Source: a virus
Taxonomy: Duplodnaviria > Caudoviricetes
Strand: one strand, 5' to 3'
DNA length: 62,944 nucleotides
IMG/VR virus record: IMGVR_UViG_3300025889_000118
Location: 1 to 62,944 of that record
This document shows positions 25,586 through 34,837 of this stretch, in pieces (positions within the stretch are counted from its first letter, which is position 1; each line of letters starts with the position of its first letter). The position numbers and the translations under genes were made by a program. The notes beneath the pieces were generated by a model. That model searched no databases, was not told where the DNA came from, and saw only the letters and a program-made list of their open reading frames with translations.

Positions 25586-26011
25586 ATGATTGATTATGAA
25601 AAAATAAGAATGCGTTCACTGACAGGTTTCTTTGTATGCCAAATATGGATATTTTGGTTTTATCTTGTTTTGGTGTTTGATAACTTAGATGTGGATTGTT
25701 GGCAAAGCACATGGGGAGATGAAGATATTTATTGTGGTGCTTATCTTTACGGTGATGTTGATATTATCCTAATTCTGTTGCCAATACTTCATTCAGTATC
25801 TTTTCCTTTATTTTATTATATATTCTATAAACCTCAAGTATGGTATGCTGAAATGAAAGAAGGAAACACGAAAGAGGTAATCAAAGAAGTGGAAGTAGTA
25901 AAGGAAGTCTTTAGAGAACCCTTACCAATCCCTCAACCCCTACCACAACATCAAGGAATTGTAATTAAAAATTATCAAGTAAAAGATGGAGTAGTAACGG
26001 AGGAATTATAA
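25586..26011 (+). CDS. Membrane protein with two TM helices
   Basis: Two hydrophobic segments; KEVIKEVEVVKEV tail. Confidence 0.7.
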   Translation: MIDYEKIRMRSLTGFFVCQIWIFWFYLVLVFDNLDVDCWQSTWGDEDIYCGAYLYGDVDIILILLPILHSVSFPLFYYIFYKPQVWYAEMKEGNTKEVIKEVEVVKEVFREPLPIPQPLPQHQGIVIKNYQVKDGVVTEEL

Positions 26012-26108
26012 TGAAATTTGATTATGAGAAATGGTATTGGATATTGAGAGAATACATCGGAGAAGAAGCCATGACCGACTTATATGAAATATATGCGGAG
26101 GAAGAATA

Positions 26109-27020
26109 ATGTTATGGACTGAAAAATATAGACCAAATAAATTATCAGAATTATACGGACAAGAACAATTTGTAATGGATGCAACTTCTTGGAAAGAAGA
26201 AGGCAACATGCCTAATGTTTTGCTTTATGGTAATTCGGGTAATGGTAAAACTGCCGCCTCTATCGTATTAGGTAAAGAAATTCTTAAAGAAGGATTCAAA
26301 GATAACTTTGTAGAAATAAATGCTTCTGATGATAGGCGATTAGAGACTGTTAGAACTACAATCAAAAATATTGCCCAAAGTGGAACTATGGGCGATGTTC
26401 CTTTTAGAATCATTTTATTAGATGAAATGGATGGAATGACTACTGATGCTCAAAATGCATTAAAGAGAATTATGGAAAGATATTCTAATAACATTCGTTT
26501 TATCATAACTTGTAATGATAAAAATAAAATTATCTTTGCATTACAAAGTAGATGTGCTAATTATCACTTTAAGCCTATTTCAAACGAAAGTATGTTGGAT
26601 ATGGTGAAGTCCGTTCTTTCAAGAGAAAACATTACTCGATTCTCCGATGAAGAATTAGGGGGCTTTTTATACACCATGAATGGTGATATGAGGAGAGCAA
26701 TTACTGAACTCCAAGCGGCCAAGTCAAGTAATACGACTCTCAAGAAACAAGTTGAAATATCGCTAAGTGAATACAACGAATTACTATTAAAAATTACAAA
26801 TAAGAATCTAAATGTGTTGGGTGAATTTCATGATTTATTGTATCAAGGCAAAACCATTAGAGAAATTTGTAATGGATTGCACGATGTTGTTGTCAGTTCG
26901 GAGGGACTTGATAGCAATATGAAATTTAAACTGTTAAGAACAGTAGGAGAAACAGAATGGCGTTCCAATAGTATGACCCCTAAAGTGCTAATATCATGGA
27001 TGGTGGGACAACTATTGTAA
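26109..27020 (+). CDS. rfcS: Replication factor C small subunit
   Basis: WTEKYRP, GNSGNGKT, EINASD, LDEMD, AQNAL, LQSRC, GDMR. Confidence 0.95.
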   Translation: MLWTEKYRPNKLSELYGQEQFVMDATSWKEEGNMPNVLLYGNSGNGKTAASIVLGKEILKEGFKDNFVEINASDDRRLETVRTTIKNIAQSGTMGDVPFRIILLDEMDGMTTDAQNALKRIMERYSNNIRFIITCNDKNKIIFALQSRCANYHFKPISNESMLDMVKSVLSRENITRFSDEELGGFLYTMNGDMRRAITELQAAKSSNTTLKKQVEISLSEYNELLLKITNKNLNVLGEFHDLLYQGKTIREICNGLHDVVVSSEGLDSNMKFKLLRTVGETEWRSNSMTPKVLISWMVGQLL

Positions 27021-27049
27021 AAATAAAAAACAAAAAAAGGTGAAAAACT

Positions 27050-28261
27050 ATGGAAGAAAATACGAAGAATGAAATAATGAAAGGAGCAGAAGTCTTGGGA
27101 ATATCTCAAGAAGATGCTATGACGAAGTTCGCTGAACTTTGTCAGCAGAACGGAATAGAAGAAACAAATCCTATCGGTTTGGGTCTTTGGCGAAACTATG
27201 TAGCAAATGCAAAGAGAAGCCAAAAGAGTGGTAATGCCTCTTCTAATGACTCTTACTACCGAGCAGCGTTTGGGTTCTTTGTTTCCCTTGATGCACCAAG
27301 AGATATGATGAGTTGGAACAGAAACAAAGCAAAAGAAGAGTATTTGCGTGATGAAGATAATGCCCTACAAAACGGCATTGTTGCAGTAGCAAATCAAAAT
27401 GCTTTGGGTAAGTGGTCTGTATCAAGATACTTTAATGGCGAATACCAAGAAAAGATTGTTGCAGATTTACCCGAAGGAGCAGAAACTCTTGAAGATGGCA
27501 GAATCTATATTCCTTTAGATAGCACCGCCAGTTATATGAATGGCGGAAAGAATGCTAACTATGGAAAGCCACTACCTAAAGAACAGTTTAGAAGAACAGG
27601 TATCTTCTTTGGTTCTGTTGGTGGAAGTGAAAATAAAGCATGGTTCTTCTCTTACAAGAATCAAGCAGGAGTAGATTTTGCTCCTAATACTTTTGAATGG
27701 GTTCATTTCCTATGCATTGAGGGTTCTAATGGAACAGATATTTATGGAGCAAAGGACTTGACTTTGAACAGTCTAACCTTGAATAGTTCTCTTGACCCAG
27801 AAAATGAAGTATATCGTGATATGAGTTCATTTGACTTTGAACAAGCGTTGAAGGATAACTTCATGTCAAACATCGTTTCTCTTGTAGAGTTGGATAAAGA
27901 ACATATCCAAAGGCAAGCAATTGCTTCTAAAGAGAGATATGTTATTACAGATGGAACAGTATGTAATATGAATATGACACCGACTTCAAACGGTAATAGA
28001 ATTATCAACATTACCGATTTGAATGCCGAATTAGATTATGATAACGATTCGGGAATGGTAACTTGTTGGATTCCCGAACATCTAACTCTTGATTTCGGTA
28101 TTGGTTCATCAGTTATTGTTGTTGGTAGAACAAGTCAAAGAACTGTTGATGGTGAAGTAGAGCCTGTGACAATTAATGCATCGGGTCTTTTATGCACTGT
28201 TAAACACGGTTCTTCGGTTGAAGTTTCACAACCAATGGAGGAAGACTTTGATTGGTTTTGA
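27050..28261 (+). CDS. RPA-like ssDNA-binding (OB-fold) protein
   Basis: C-terminal OB-like segment; acidic/aromatic tail EEDFDWF; replication context. Confidence 0.65.
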   Translation: MEENTKNEIMKGAEVLGISQEDAMTKFAELCQQNGIEETNPIGLGLWRNYVANAKRSQKSGNASSNDSYYRAAFGFFVSLDAPRDMMSWNRNKAKEEYLRDEDNALQNGIVAVANQNALGKWSVSRYFNGEYQEKIVADLPEGAETLEDGRIYIPLDSTASYMNGGKNANYGKPLPKEQFRRTGIFFGSVGGSENKAWFFSYKNQAGVDFAPNTFEWVHFLCIEGSNGTDIYGAKDLTLNSLTLNSSLDPENEVYRDMSSFDFEQALKDNFMSNIVSLVELDKEHIQRQAIASKERYVITDGTVCNMNMTPTSNGNRIINITDLNAELDYDNDSGMVTCWIPEHLTLDFGIGSSVIVVGRTSQRTVDGEVEPVTINASGLLCTVKHGSSVEVSQPMEEDFDWF

Positions 28262-28263
28262 AG

Positions 28264-28370
28264 CCTAATTTATAATCCATCGGGTTAGGTTCTTTCGCCC
28301 GAACTCAGCAAGTGTAAGCATAAACTTGTGGATAAAATTGATGCTCGAAAGGGTGCGAAGCCCTATTAGG
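28264..28370 (+). ncRNA. Candidate multi-branched structured RNA
   Basis: cctaat/attagg closes atcca/tggat, tcggg/cccga, caagt/acttg and aggg-tgcgaag-ccct. Confidence 0.45.
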
Positions 28371-28377
28371 TGATATT

Positions 28378-28593
28378 ATGAATGAAATATATGCAAATGC
28401 AATAAAAACAAAAAGAGCATTTATCCATTTTGATATGATTCAACATTTTAGTTGGAATATCATTGGGGATAATAATTACGAATTAAAGATATATTCTCAA
28501 GCAGGATATATTATTGAAAACTTTAACAAACCTTTCTTTGAATACTTTCTAAAGTTATACAAAGAATACAAAGAAGTAGGTGAACAACAATGA
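28378..28593 (+). CDS. Hypothetical protein
   Basis: AGGTGA RBS. Confidence 0.7.
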   Translation: MNEIYANAIKTKRAFIHFDMIQHFSWNIIGDNNYELKIYSQAGYIIENFNKPFFEYFLKLYKEYKEVGEQQ

Positions 28594-28790
28594 ATGAAAA
28601 ATTTATGGATTATGAAAATAAATGGATTGTTGATTTATCAAAGGTTGATTTCATTACAATGAAAGAAAACTGGGAAAACAACAACATCCACATTAAACTC
28701 CATTTAGGAACTAAAGAAGTTAGATTAGAACTTTCTTCTTTAGAAGAAGTGGAAGAATTAAAAATGAACTGGCAAAAAGCAAATAGGTGA
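28590..28790 (+). CDS. Hypothetical protein
   Basis: AGGTGA RBS; translationally coupled. Confidence 0.7.
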   Translation: MNEKFMDYENKWIVDLSKVDFITMKENWENNNIHIKLHLGTKEVRLELSSLEEVEELKMNWQKANR

Positions 28791-28795
28791 TAAAA

Positions 28796-29617
28796 ATGGG
28801 ATTGACAAGCAATAAAAATACACAAGCAACAAGTTTGGAAGCACAAGGTAATGCAAGAGTAATTGCCTTTGCTGATAAACTAAAGAAACAGACAGAAAGT
28901 AGATTAGCAAGAGAAAACCGATTAGTATGCGGTATTTGGGGAGAACCTAAAACTGTAAAAAGCGGATTGGCACTTGATTTTCCAAATAAACAAATTTATG
29001 TTTTAGATTGGGATGATGGTTGCGAGCCTACTTGGAGACAAAATCATGAAATGACTGATAGGATTACTCTTTGGAATCCCGAAGTTAGAAATCAAAATGG
29101 TGAATTAGATATACAAAAGTCCGAAGCAAATTCAGAAGACTTTGTTCTTTATGTCAAATCTAAGATTGAAGAAGGCGAAGATGTAGTCTTTGTTTTTGAT
29201 GGAGTAGATAAGTGGCTTGATTGTTGCACACTTCATGTCACTGGTAGTTCAAAGATTGGAAAACCACAAAAGATGAAGTTTGAATGGGGTAAAAGAAACG
29301 CTCCTTTCTATTCTTTACTTCTTATGTGTAAGAATCTAAATTGTGACCAAGTGTATATTACTCACGCTAAGGCTGATTATGGAGCAACAGGAGAAGTAAT
29401 TGGGAACAAACCTAATTGGCATAATTGGGGCGATTACTTGCATCAGATTATTACAACAAGAAGAACACTCCGTAAAGGAGATGTGGTCTATAAGGCTGAA
29501 CTACTTAGCAGTAAAACAAATACCGAACTCGTAGGAAAGGTTTGGGAATCTTTAGAAATAAAAAATGGAAATGTAAATTGGAATGGTATTCCCGAATTGC
29601 GAGATGGTAAGGTATGA
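28796..29617 (+). CDS. RecA-fold (Sak4/AAA_24-like) ATPase
   Basis: WGEPKTVKS, VLDWDDG, VFDGVD, YITH. Confidence 0.75.
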   Translation: MGLTSNKNTQATSLEAQGNARVIAFADKLKKQTESRLARENRLVCGIWGEPKTVKSGLALDFPNKQIYVLDWDDGCEPTWRQNHEMTDRITLWNPEVRNQNGELDIQKSEANSEDFVLYVKSKIEEGEDVVFVFDGVDKWLDCCTLHVTGSSKIGKPQKMKFEWGKRNAPFYSLLLMCKNLNCDQVYITHAKADYGATGEVIGNKPNWHNWGDYLHQIITTRRTLRKGDVVYKAELLSSKTNTELVGKVWESLEIKNGNVNWNGIPELRDGKV

Positions 29618-30381
29618 AATTTAATGTAAATAGCAACGAACTAAAAGAAGCATTAGAAAGCCTACAAGTAAAAGGTAAGCATCTAACAAATAATGGATTC
29701 AGTAGTAGTAATTTTGGGAGTATCTTTTACGCTCATATCTATGAAAATACTCTATCATTATACAATGGTGACTCTACTTTTATGCTAAAGATTACTTTGC
29801 AGGTAGAAGAAGGAGAGAACGGTAGTTTTGTTGCCGATTCTTCTCTTATTCTGCCTTATTTGAAATCATTTGGCGATACAGTAAATGTTGTTGTAGGCGA
29901 CTACATATCAATGTCAAGTGGCACAAAGAAAGCCAATGTGCCTAAACTTGTAGAACACCCCTCTAACGATGCATTACAAAGACTAATCCAAATGACCAAT
30001 CATGTTAGATATGAACCAAACCCACAAACAATGTTTGCATTTGGTAATTCTAACTTTGAAGGAGCATTTACTCTTAGTCAAAATGTTTTCAAAGATTGTA
30101 TTAAGAATGCCGAATTAGTAAAGTCGGGTATTTACAATCTTAACTTCCATGAGGGAGTAGTTAAGATTACTTCAACTACAAACGCAACTACTTCTTATGA
30201 AGAGAGTATTACTCCTACATTTTTAACAGGAGATTCAGCAACACTGGACTTTAGTTCTCCATTGTATTCTTTCTTTGAGAAAGACCAAATGTTAAACTTC
30301 TATGTAAAAGATGAGTTCCCTATGTTAATCGTAGCAAATGATAGGTTAGTTTTGAAAGCCCCTTATGTCGGTGGTAATTGA
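29614..30381 (+). CDS. PCNA-like sliding clamp
   Basis: About 255 aa; two-domain beta-alpha-beta pattern; C-terminal FPM...LKAP; precedes PolB. Confidence 0.7.
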   Translation: MKFNVNSNELKEALESLQVKGKHLTNNGFSSSNFGSIFYAHIYENTLSLYNGDSTFMLKITLQVEEGENGSFVADSSLILPYLKSFGDTVNVVVGDYISMSSGTKKANVPKLVEHPSNDALQRLIQMTNHVRYEPNPQTMFAFGNSNFEGAFTLSQNVFKDCIKNAELVKSGIYNLNFHEGVVKITSTTNATTSYEESITPTFLTGDSATLDFSSPLYSFFEKDQMLNFYVKDEFPMLIVANDRLVLKAPYVGGN

Positions 30382-32039
30382 TGATTATTAGCAAATGTGA
30401 TGATGGTAAAAGTATCTTTTTATCATGGAGAGAGAATGGAGAGAAACAATTTAATATTGTGCCTTTCAGTCCTTATTTCTATATATTGGATAGCCAAGAG
30501 GAAATTCCTTCTTATTCTCCTTCTAAATACATTACAAGAGATTTTGAATATATTAAAGGCGATTTTGTAAATCTTGATAAAGAACCATTAAAGAAAGTTA
30601 TCGTAGAAAATTCTTTTGATTTAAGAAAAGCAAAAGATTTGTTTAAGCAAACTTATGAAGCAGATGTTCCTTATCACTTTAGATATGCAGTTGATAATAT
30701 TCATGAAATGCCCGAATACGATTTAAGAAAATGGTATTGGGATATGGAATGGCAACAAGGCGGAGAATATCACGATTGTATTACTACTATTGTAGCGTAT
30801 GATAACTACGATAAAAAATATTACCAGTGGGTATGGTTTCCTAATGGAGAATCTAATGGATTCTCCACTTTACAATATAAACAAATGTATGCTTTTAATT
30901 CTGAAAAAGATATGCTTGAAAACTTCATGAGAACAATGCTTACTAAAGACCCCGATATGCTAATTGCTTGGTTCGGACAAAGATTCGATTTGCCTCATTT
31001 GATTAAAAGAGCCTGTGCTTTAGGATTAGACCCTCGCATAATGTCTCCTATTGCATCAATTAAGGGCATTTCTAAGGCGAAGGAGGGCTTCAAATTCGCA
31101 TATGGTGAAAAGGGATTCTCGCCAATAGAACAACCAATTGGAGGCCGCATAACTCTTTCTCTTGATTTGGCTTTTGAAAGACAATGGAATGATTCTCAAA
31201 GAGGAACATTACCTTCTTTGTCTTTGGAATATGTTTCTCAATTATTATTTGGGGAAGGTAAAGTAAAAGAAAGTAAATTTACAGATAAGAATGAATTCTT
31301 TCGTAGGGCTTGGTTAGAAGATACAGAAGTGTATCTTGAGTATGCTTTAGTTGATGTAGAATTATTAGTTAGAATAGATGAAACTAATTATTGTAGTGAA
31401 GCAGTTATATCTCTACAAAGACTACTAAAAGCACCATTTGATGCTTGTTTCTATGCTTCTCATATGGGTAGTATTTACTTTATGAGAAATGCTTGGTGGA
31501 AAGCACCAACAGGAGATAAAAGCGTAGAAAGAAAGGATTATGATGGGGCTATGATTTACGACCCGTTAAGTGAAAATACTAATGGGTTACATCTTAATGT
31601 CGCTGCTTTTGATTTCGCAGGTCTATATCCTTCTATGATGATTGCAAGAAATATTTCTTGGGAAACCAAATCCGAAGACCCTACTGAATTTGGTGTAAAT
31701 ATTGCTACACCAAGAGATTTTAGCGAGATAAGTAGAGAAAAAATGCTTTACTATAAAACAGATAAATTAGGTCTTTTGCCAAGAGCAGTATTGGAATTGA
31801 AAGAATTAAGAAATGAATATAAGCGTCTGATGAAAGAAGCAAGAGAAAATAATACTGGGGAATACCAAAAATGGTATAATAATCAAATGGCAGTAAAAAG
31901 ACTAATGGCATCTTTTTATGGTATTGTTGCTTTTCAAGGATTTGGATGGGCTGATGTTGATTTAGCCTCATCAATTACTGCGAGTGCAAGAGAGGCTATT
32001 AGGTTAGCCGCATTTAAGGCAAAGGAGATGGAATCTTGA
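30381..32039 (+). CDS. polB: Family B DNA polymerase, N-terminal part (3'-5' exonuclease, motifs A and B)
   Basis: WDME, FDLP, YALVD, DFAGLYPS, KRLMASFYG; stops just before motif C. Confidence 0.95.
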   Translation: MIISKCDDGKSIFLSWRENGEKQFNIVPFSPYFYILDSQEEIPSYSPSKYITRDFEYIKGDFVNLDKEPLKKVIVENSFDLRKAKDLFKQTYEADVPYHFRYAVDNIHEMPEYDLRKWYWDMEWQQGGEYHDCITTIVAYDNYDKKYYQWVWFPNGESNGFSTLQYKQMYAFNSEKDMLENFMRTMLTKDPDMLIAWFGQRFDLPHLIKRACALGLDPRIMSPIASIKGISKAKEGFKFAYGEKGFSPIEQPIGGRITLSLDLAFERQWNDSQRGTLPSLSLEYVSQLLFGEGKVKESKFTDKNEFFRRAWLEDTEVYLEYALVDVELLVRIDETNYCSEAVISLQRLLKAPFDACFYASHMGSIYFMRNAWWKAPTGDKSVERKDYDGAMIYDPLSENTNGLHLNVAAFDFAGLYPSMMIARNISWETKSEDPTEFGVNIATPRDFSEISREKMLYYKTDKLGLLPRAVLELKELRNEYKRLMKEARENNTGEYQKWYNNQMAVKRLMASFYGIVAFQGFGWADVDLASSITASAREAIRLAAFKAKEMES

Positions 32040-32926
32040 CCGTTCAATTTTGGGTAGCATTGGATAGTCATGATAGAATAACTATCAATAATGCCCTTAG
32101 AGGAAAAGAATATCAGTGTTTAGAATGCAACGGTATTATGATACCGAAAAAAGGCGAAATAAAACAACATCACTTTGCCCATAAATCAGACTATTCTTGT
32201 AGTGGAGAAGGACAAAAACATCTTTACATTAAAGAATTGATTTTTGAAATTCTTCAATTAGACGAATATTTATTAAATGGTGCTAAAATATACATGGAAA
32301 AATCTTTCTTAGGATTAAGACCAGATATTCTAATAAAATGGAATAAAGATAGATATGTTGCGATAGAAGTTTGCGACACATCTGAATCTTCAAAAGATAA
32401 AAAGAAAATATATGGTAAAAATATGATTGAGTTCAAAATCAGTGATTGGAAAGAAGAAGAAATGACTAATCCTATTTACATTTTTAATTCTGTATATCCT
32501 ATTTTATTTAGAAAAATTTTCAACATAACTTTTGAAGAAAAACAAAGGAAACTTAAGGAGTTAAACTTAGAATATAATAAATTGTTAAGTGAATATAAGC
32601 AAGCCCAGTTGATTTTTAACAAAGACTTTTCTTATATTGATGGAAGTTGGGGAGATTTATCAAGAATACAAGATTGCCCACCCCGAACTTATGTAGCCAC
32701 TACTGATTGGTTTGACGATAAGCAGACAAATAAAATAGCAAAACTTACTTCTAAAAGTGGCAAAATTACTTGGGTAAAACTCATAGAATTTTTAGGTGAA
32801 GATGATTATAGAGATTATTATTCTTATGAAAAAATGGAGATTTCAGAAGAATCAAAATCCATTTTACATAAACAATATAATTACAACAAAGTTTGGGATG
32901 AATCTGATTGGGAGGAATTTGAATGA
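32036..32926 (+). CDS. CoiA-like Zn-finger PD-(D/E)xK nuclease
   Basis: YQCLEC...KKGEIKQHHFAH...H...K; RPDI...AIEV. Confidence 0.75.
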   Translation: MTVQFWVALDSHDRITINNALRGKEYQCLECNGIMIPKKGEIKQHHFAHKSDYSCSGEGQKHLYIKELIFEILQLDEYLLNGAKIYMEKSFLGLRPDILIKWNKDRYVAIEVCDTSESSKDKKKIYGKNMIEFKISDWKEEEMTNPIYIFNSVYPILFRKIFNITFEEKQRKLKELNLEYNKLLSEYKQAQLIFNKDFSYIDGSWGDLSRIQDCPPRTYVATTDWFDDKQTNKIAKLTSKSGKITWVKLIEFLGEDDYRDYYSYEKMEISEESKSILHKQYNYNKVWDESDWEEFE

Positions 32927-33030
32927 AATGTAGAATGTGTAAAAAACAAGTATCTGCACTTCATCCCATTGAGAACATCTGTTTAAAGTGTTTTAATAAG
33001 GTAAAAATGTGGAGGAAAAGAAATGAATAA
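32923..33030 (+). CDS. Zn-finger micro-protein
   Basis: CRMC...CLKC; translated by hand. Confidence 0.55.
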   Translation: MKCRMCKKQVSALHPIENICLKCFNKVKMWRKRNE

Positions 33031-33232
33031 AATATTTAGAAGATGGATAATAGAAGCAGTAAATTCTACCAATGGTGAGATATTTACATCAAGTATGATA
33101 TTAGATAAAATCATACATAAACACGGGGCTTCTGCAAGTATTGGAACTGCTTCTGCTATTGGTTGGTTAGTTACAAGACTACCTAATGTAGAAAAAGTAA
33201 AGGAAGGGCAATATAGGAGGAAAATCATATGA
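33023..33232 (+). CDS. Small winged-helix-like protein
   Basis: FTSSMILDKI...IGWLV...GQYR. Confidence 0.6.
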   Translation: MNKIFRRWIIEAVNSTNGEIFTSSMILDKIIHKHGASASIGTASAIGWLVTRLPNVEKVKEGQYRRKII

Positions 33233-33399
33233 TGACTAAATATGTGACCGTAGAAGTGACATACGATACAGAAGAAACATGGGATATAACTTTACAAGAA
33301 GTAAATGAAATATTTCAAATGATGAACAATTTGAAGCGTCATGCTAAAATTATAGATATTAAATTTGCAGAAGAAGTGGATAGAAATGATGATGGATAA
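33229..33399 (+). CDS. Small hypothetical protein
   Basis: MMTKYVTVEVTYD...; GGAGG RBS. Confidence 0.55.
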   Translation: MMTKYVTVEVTYDTEETWDITLQEVNEIFQMMNNLKRHAKIIDIKFAEEVDRNDDG

Positions 33400-33517
33400 A
33401 ACAAATGAATTACTTGAGGAGTTATTGGATATGATAGCAAAATCAAATAGAATACTAATGATGGTAAATATAGTTAATATTATTACAATTATAACAATAG
33501 TGACGGTGGTATTATGA
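33386..33517 (+). CDS. Small TM protein
   Basis: ILMMVNIVNIITIITIVTVVL. Confidence 0.5.
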   Translation: MMMDKTNELLEELLDMIAKSNRILMMVNIVNIITIITIVTVVL

Positions 33518-33714
33518 ATGCTGAACAAATGAAAAAGAAAATTGAAGAATTAGAAATAAAAATTAAAGGATTAGAAAACGACTTAGATGTTTTGTATCAA
33601 ACAGACAACAGAAAACTCGCAAGAGCAATACATGAGATACAAGAACATCTTAGAAAAGAAGGACTTTATATCATAAATGATATTTATGCTCCTACAATGG
33701 TGGGAATGTCATGA
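33514..33714 (+). CDS. Small coiled-coil protein
   Basis: Heptad repeats; overlaps the PolB-C start (ATGA). Confidence 0.65.
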   Translation: MNAEQMKKKIEELEIKIKGLENDLDVLYQTDNRKLARAIHEIQEHLRKEGLYIINDIYAPTMVGMS

Positions 33715-34625
33715 AAGTAGTTTATGGGCATACAGACTCAATCTATGTTCAGATTGATTCTGTTGAAAAAGCCCAAAACTGTATTAAAGAAATAGAAGCA
33801 AGTGTTAGAGAACATTTTCCAAATATTCTTGGTTTAGAGCAACACCCCGTAGTTCTTGAATTTGAAAAATACTATTCTGCTTTAGGTGTAGGAACAACAA
33901 AGAATAGAAATGCAGGTATGATAACTTGGGAAGATGGAGTATGGCTCGATGAACCTAAATTTACAATGACGGGTTTTACTGCTAAAAGAGTAAGTGTGAC
34001 CCAATTAGAAAAAGAAGTTCAAACTGAAACACTCAAACTTTGGGTGAACAATAAAAGCATGGCTGAAATAACGAAGTATTTGCATTCTATGTATAATGAA
34101 GTTCTTCAAGGAAAGATTGACAAAACGCTTCTTATTAAAAGAAGTCGTCTTAAAGAAGCAAGATTCATGGTTCAATGTCAAAAGTGTAAAAGAAAATATC
34201 ACTTGAATGATATTACTGAACTGAATGTTTGTGGAGAAAATGAAGGTAGAGCAGGAACCCATAAGTGTGGTAATGGAGTATCTAACTTCTTAACGATAGA
34301 ACAGAAGAAACCATCAATCGGTTCGGGTATTGCAGGAGTTTTATATTGCTGGCAAAAGAAAAATATTTCTTTTGATGACTCTTATCTATTCCTTAAGGTA
34401 AAGGGAGTAAATGATTACTATACCCATCCTTTAACAAAAGAAAAAAGAGAAGTGGAATATATGGCAGGAAACATCAATACTGATTTTGATAATTATACTC
34501 CCGATTGGGAACACTATGCGGAACAGGTTCTAAAGAAAGCAAAGCCTATTTACGAATCTATGGGATGGGATATTTCAAGTATTAGAAGCGGTAGGATTCA
34601 AACCTCACTAACGGAGTGGTTCTAA
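33711..34625 (+). CDS. polB: Family B DNA polymerase, C-terminal part (motif C, thumb)
   Basis: MKVVYGHTDSIYV, LEFEK, KNRNAG, DWEHYAEQ; C-terminal PIP-box-like QTSLTEWF. Confidence 0.95.
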   Translation: MKVVYGHTDSIYVQIDSVEKAQNCIKEIEASVREHFPNILGLEQHPVVLEFEKYYSALGVGTTKNRNAGMITWEDGVWLDEPKFTMTGFTAKRVSVTQLEKEVQTETLKLWVNNKSMAEITKYLHSMYNEVLQGKIDKTLLIKRSRLKEARFMVQCQKCKRKYHLNDITELNVCGENEGRAGTHKCGNGVSNFLTIEQKKPSIGSGIAGVLYCWQKKNISFDDSYLFLKVKGVNDYYTHPLTKEKREVEYMAGNINTDFDNYTPDWEHYAEQVLKKAKPIYESMGWDISSIRSGRIQTSLTEWF

Positions 34626-34831
34626 TGGTTAGCGAACTGTGCGAAATGTGTGAAAGCCGATTCAATTTAAGACCTAAATCTCGTTGTTTAGGCAAAATAA
34701 TAATTTGCGGAAAATGTAGAAATGAGACTCCTCCATCTATTTTTAGATGCATTTCTAAAAACAATAGAAACAATAGATGTAAAAATTGGAGAATGCCAAA
34801 TGAACTAAGTTGTTCATATCATGGAAGGTGA
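34625..34831 (+). CDS. Cys-rich Zn-binding protein
   Basis: CEMC, CGKC, RC...RCKN...CSYH. Confidence 0.6.
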   Translation: MVSELCEMCESRFNLRPKSRCLGKIIICGKCRNETPPSIFRCISKNNRNNRCKNWRMPNELSCSYHGR

Positions 34832-34837
34832 ATAAAA

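Noticed and set aside
28300-28370. tRNA gene
   Set aside because: A T-loop-like hairpin is present, but there is no proper acceptor/D/anticodon cloverleaf. No tRNA was recognised anywhere in the window.
32036-33714. Group I intron or split intein in polB
   Set aside because: The insert is fully packed with coupled ORFs, leaving no room for a ribozyme core, and there are no intein N-terminal C/S or C-terminal HN motifs
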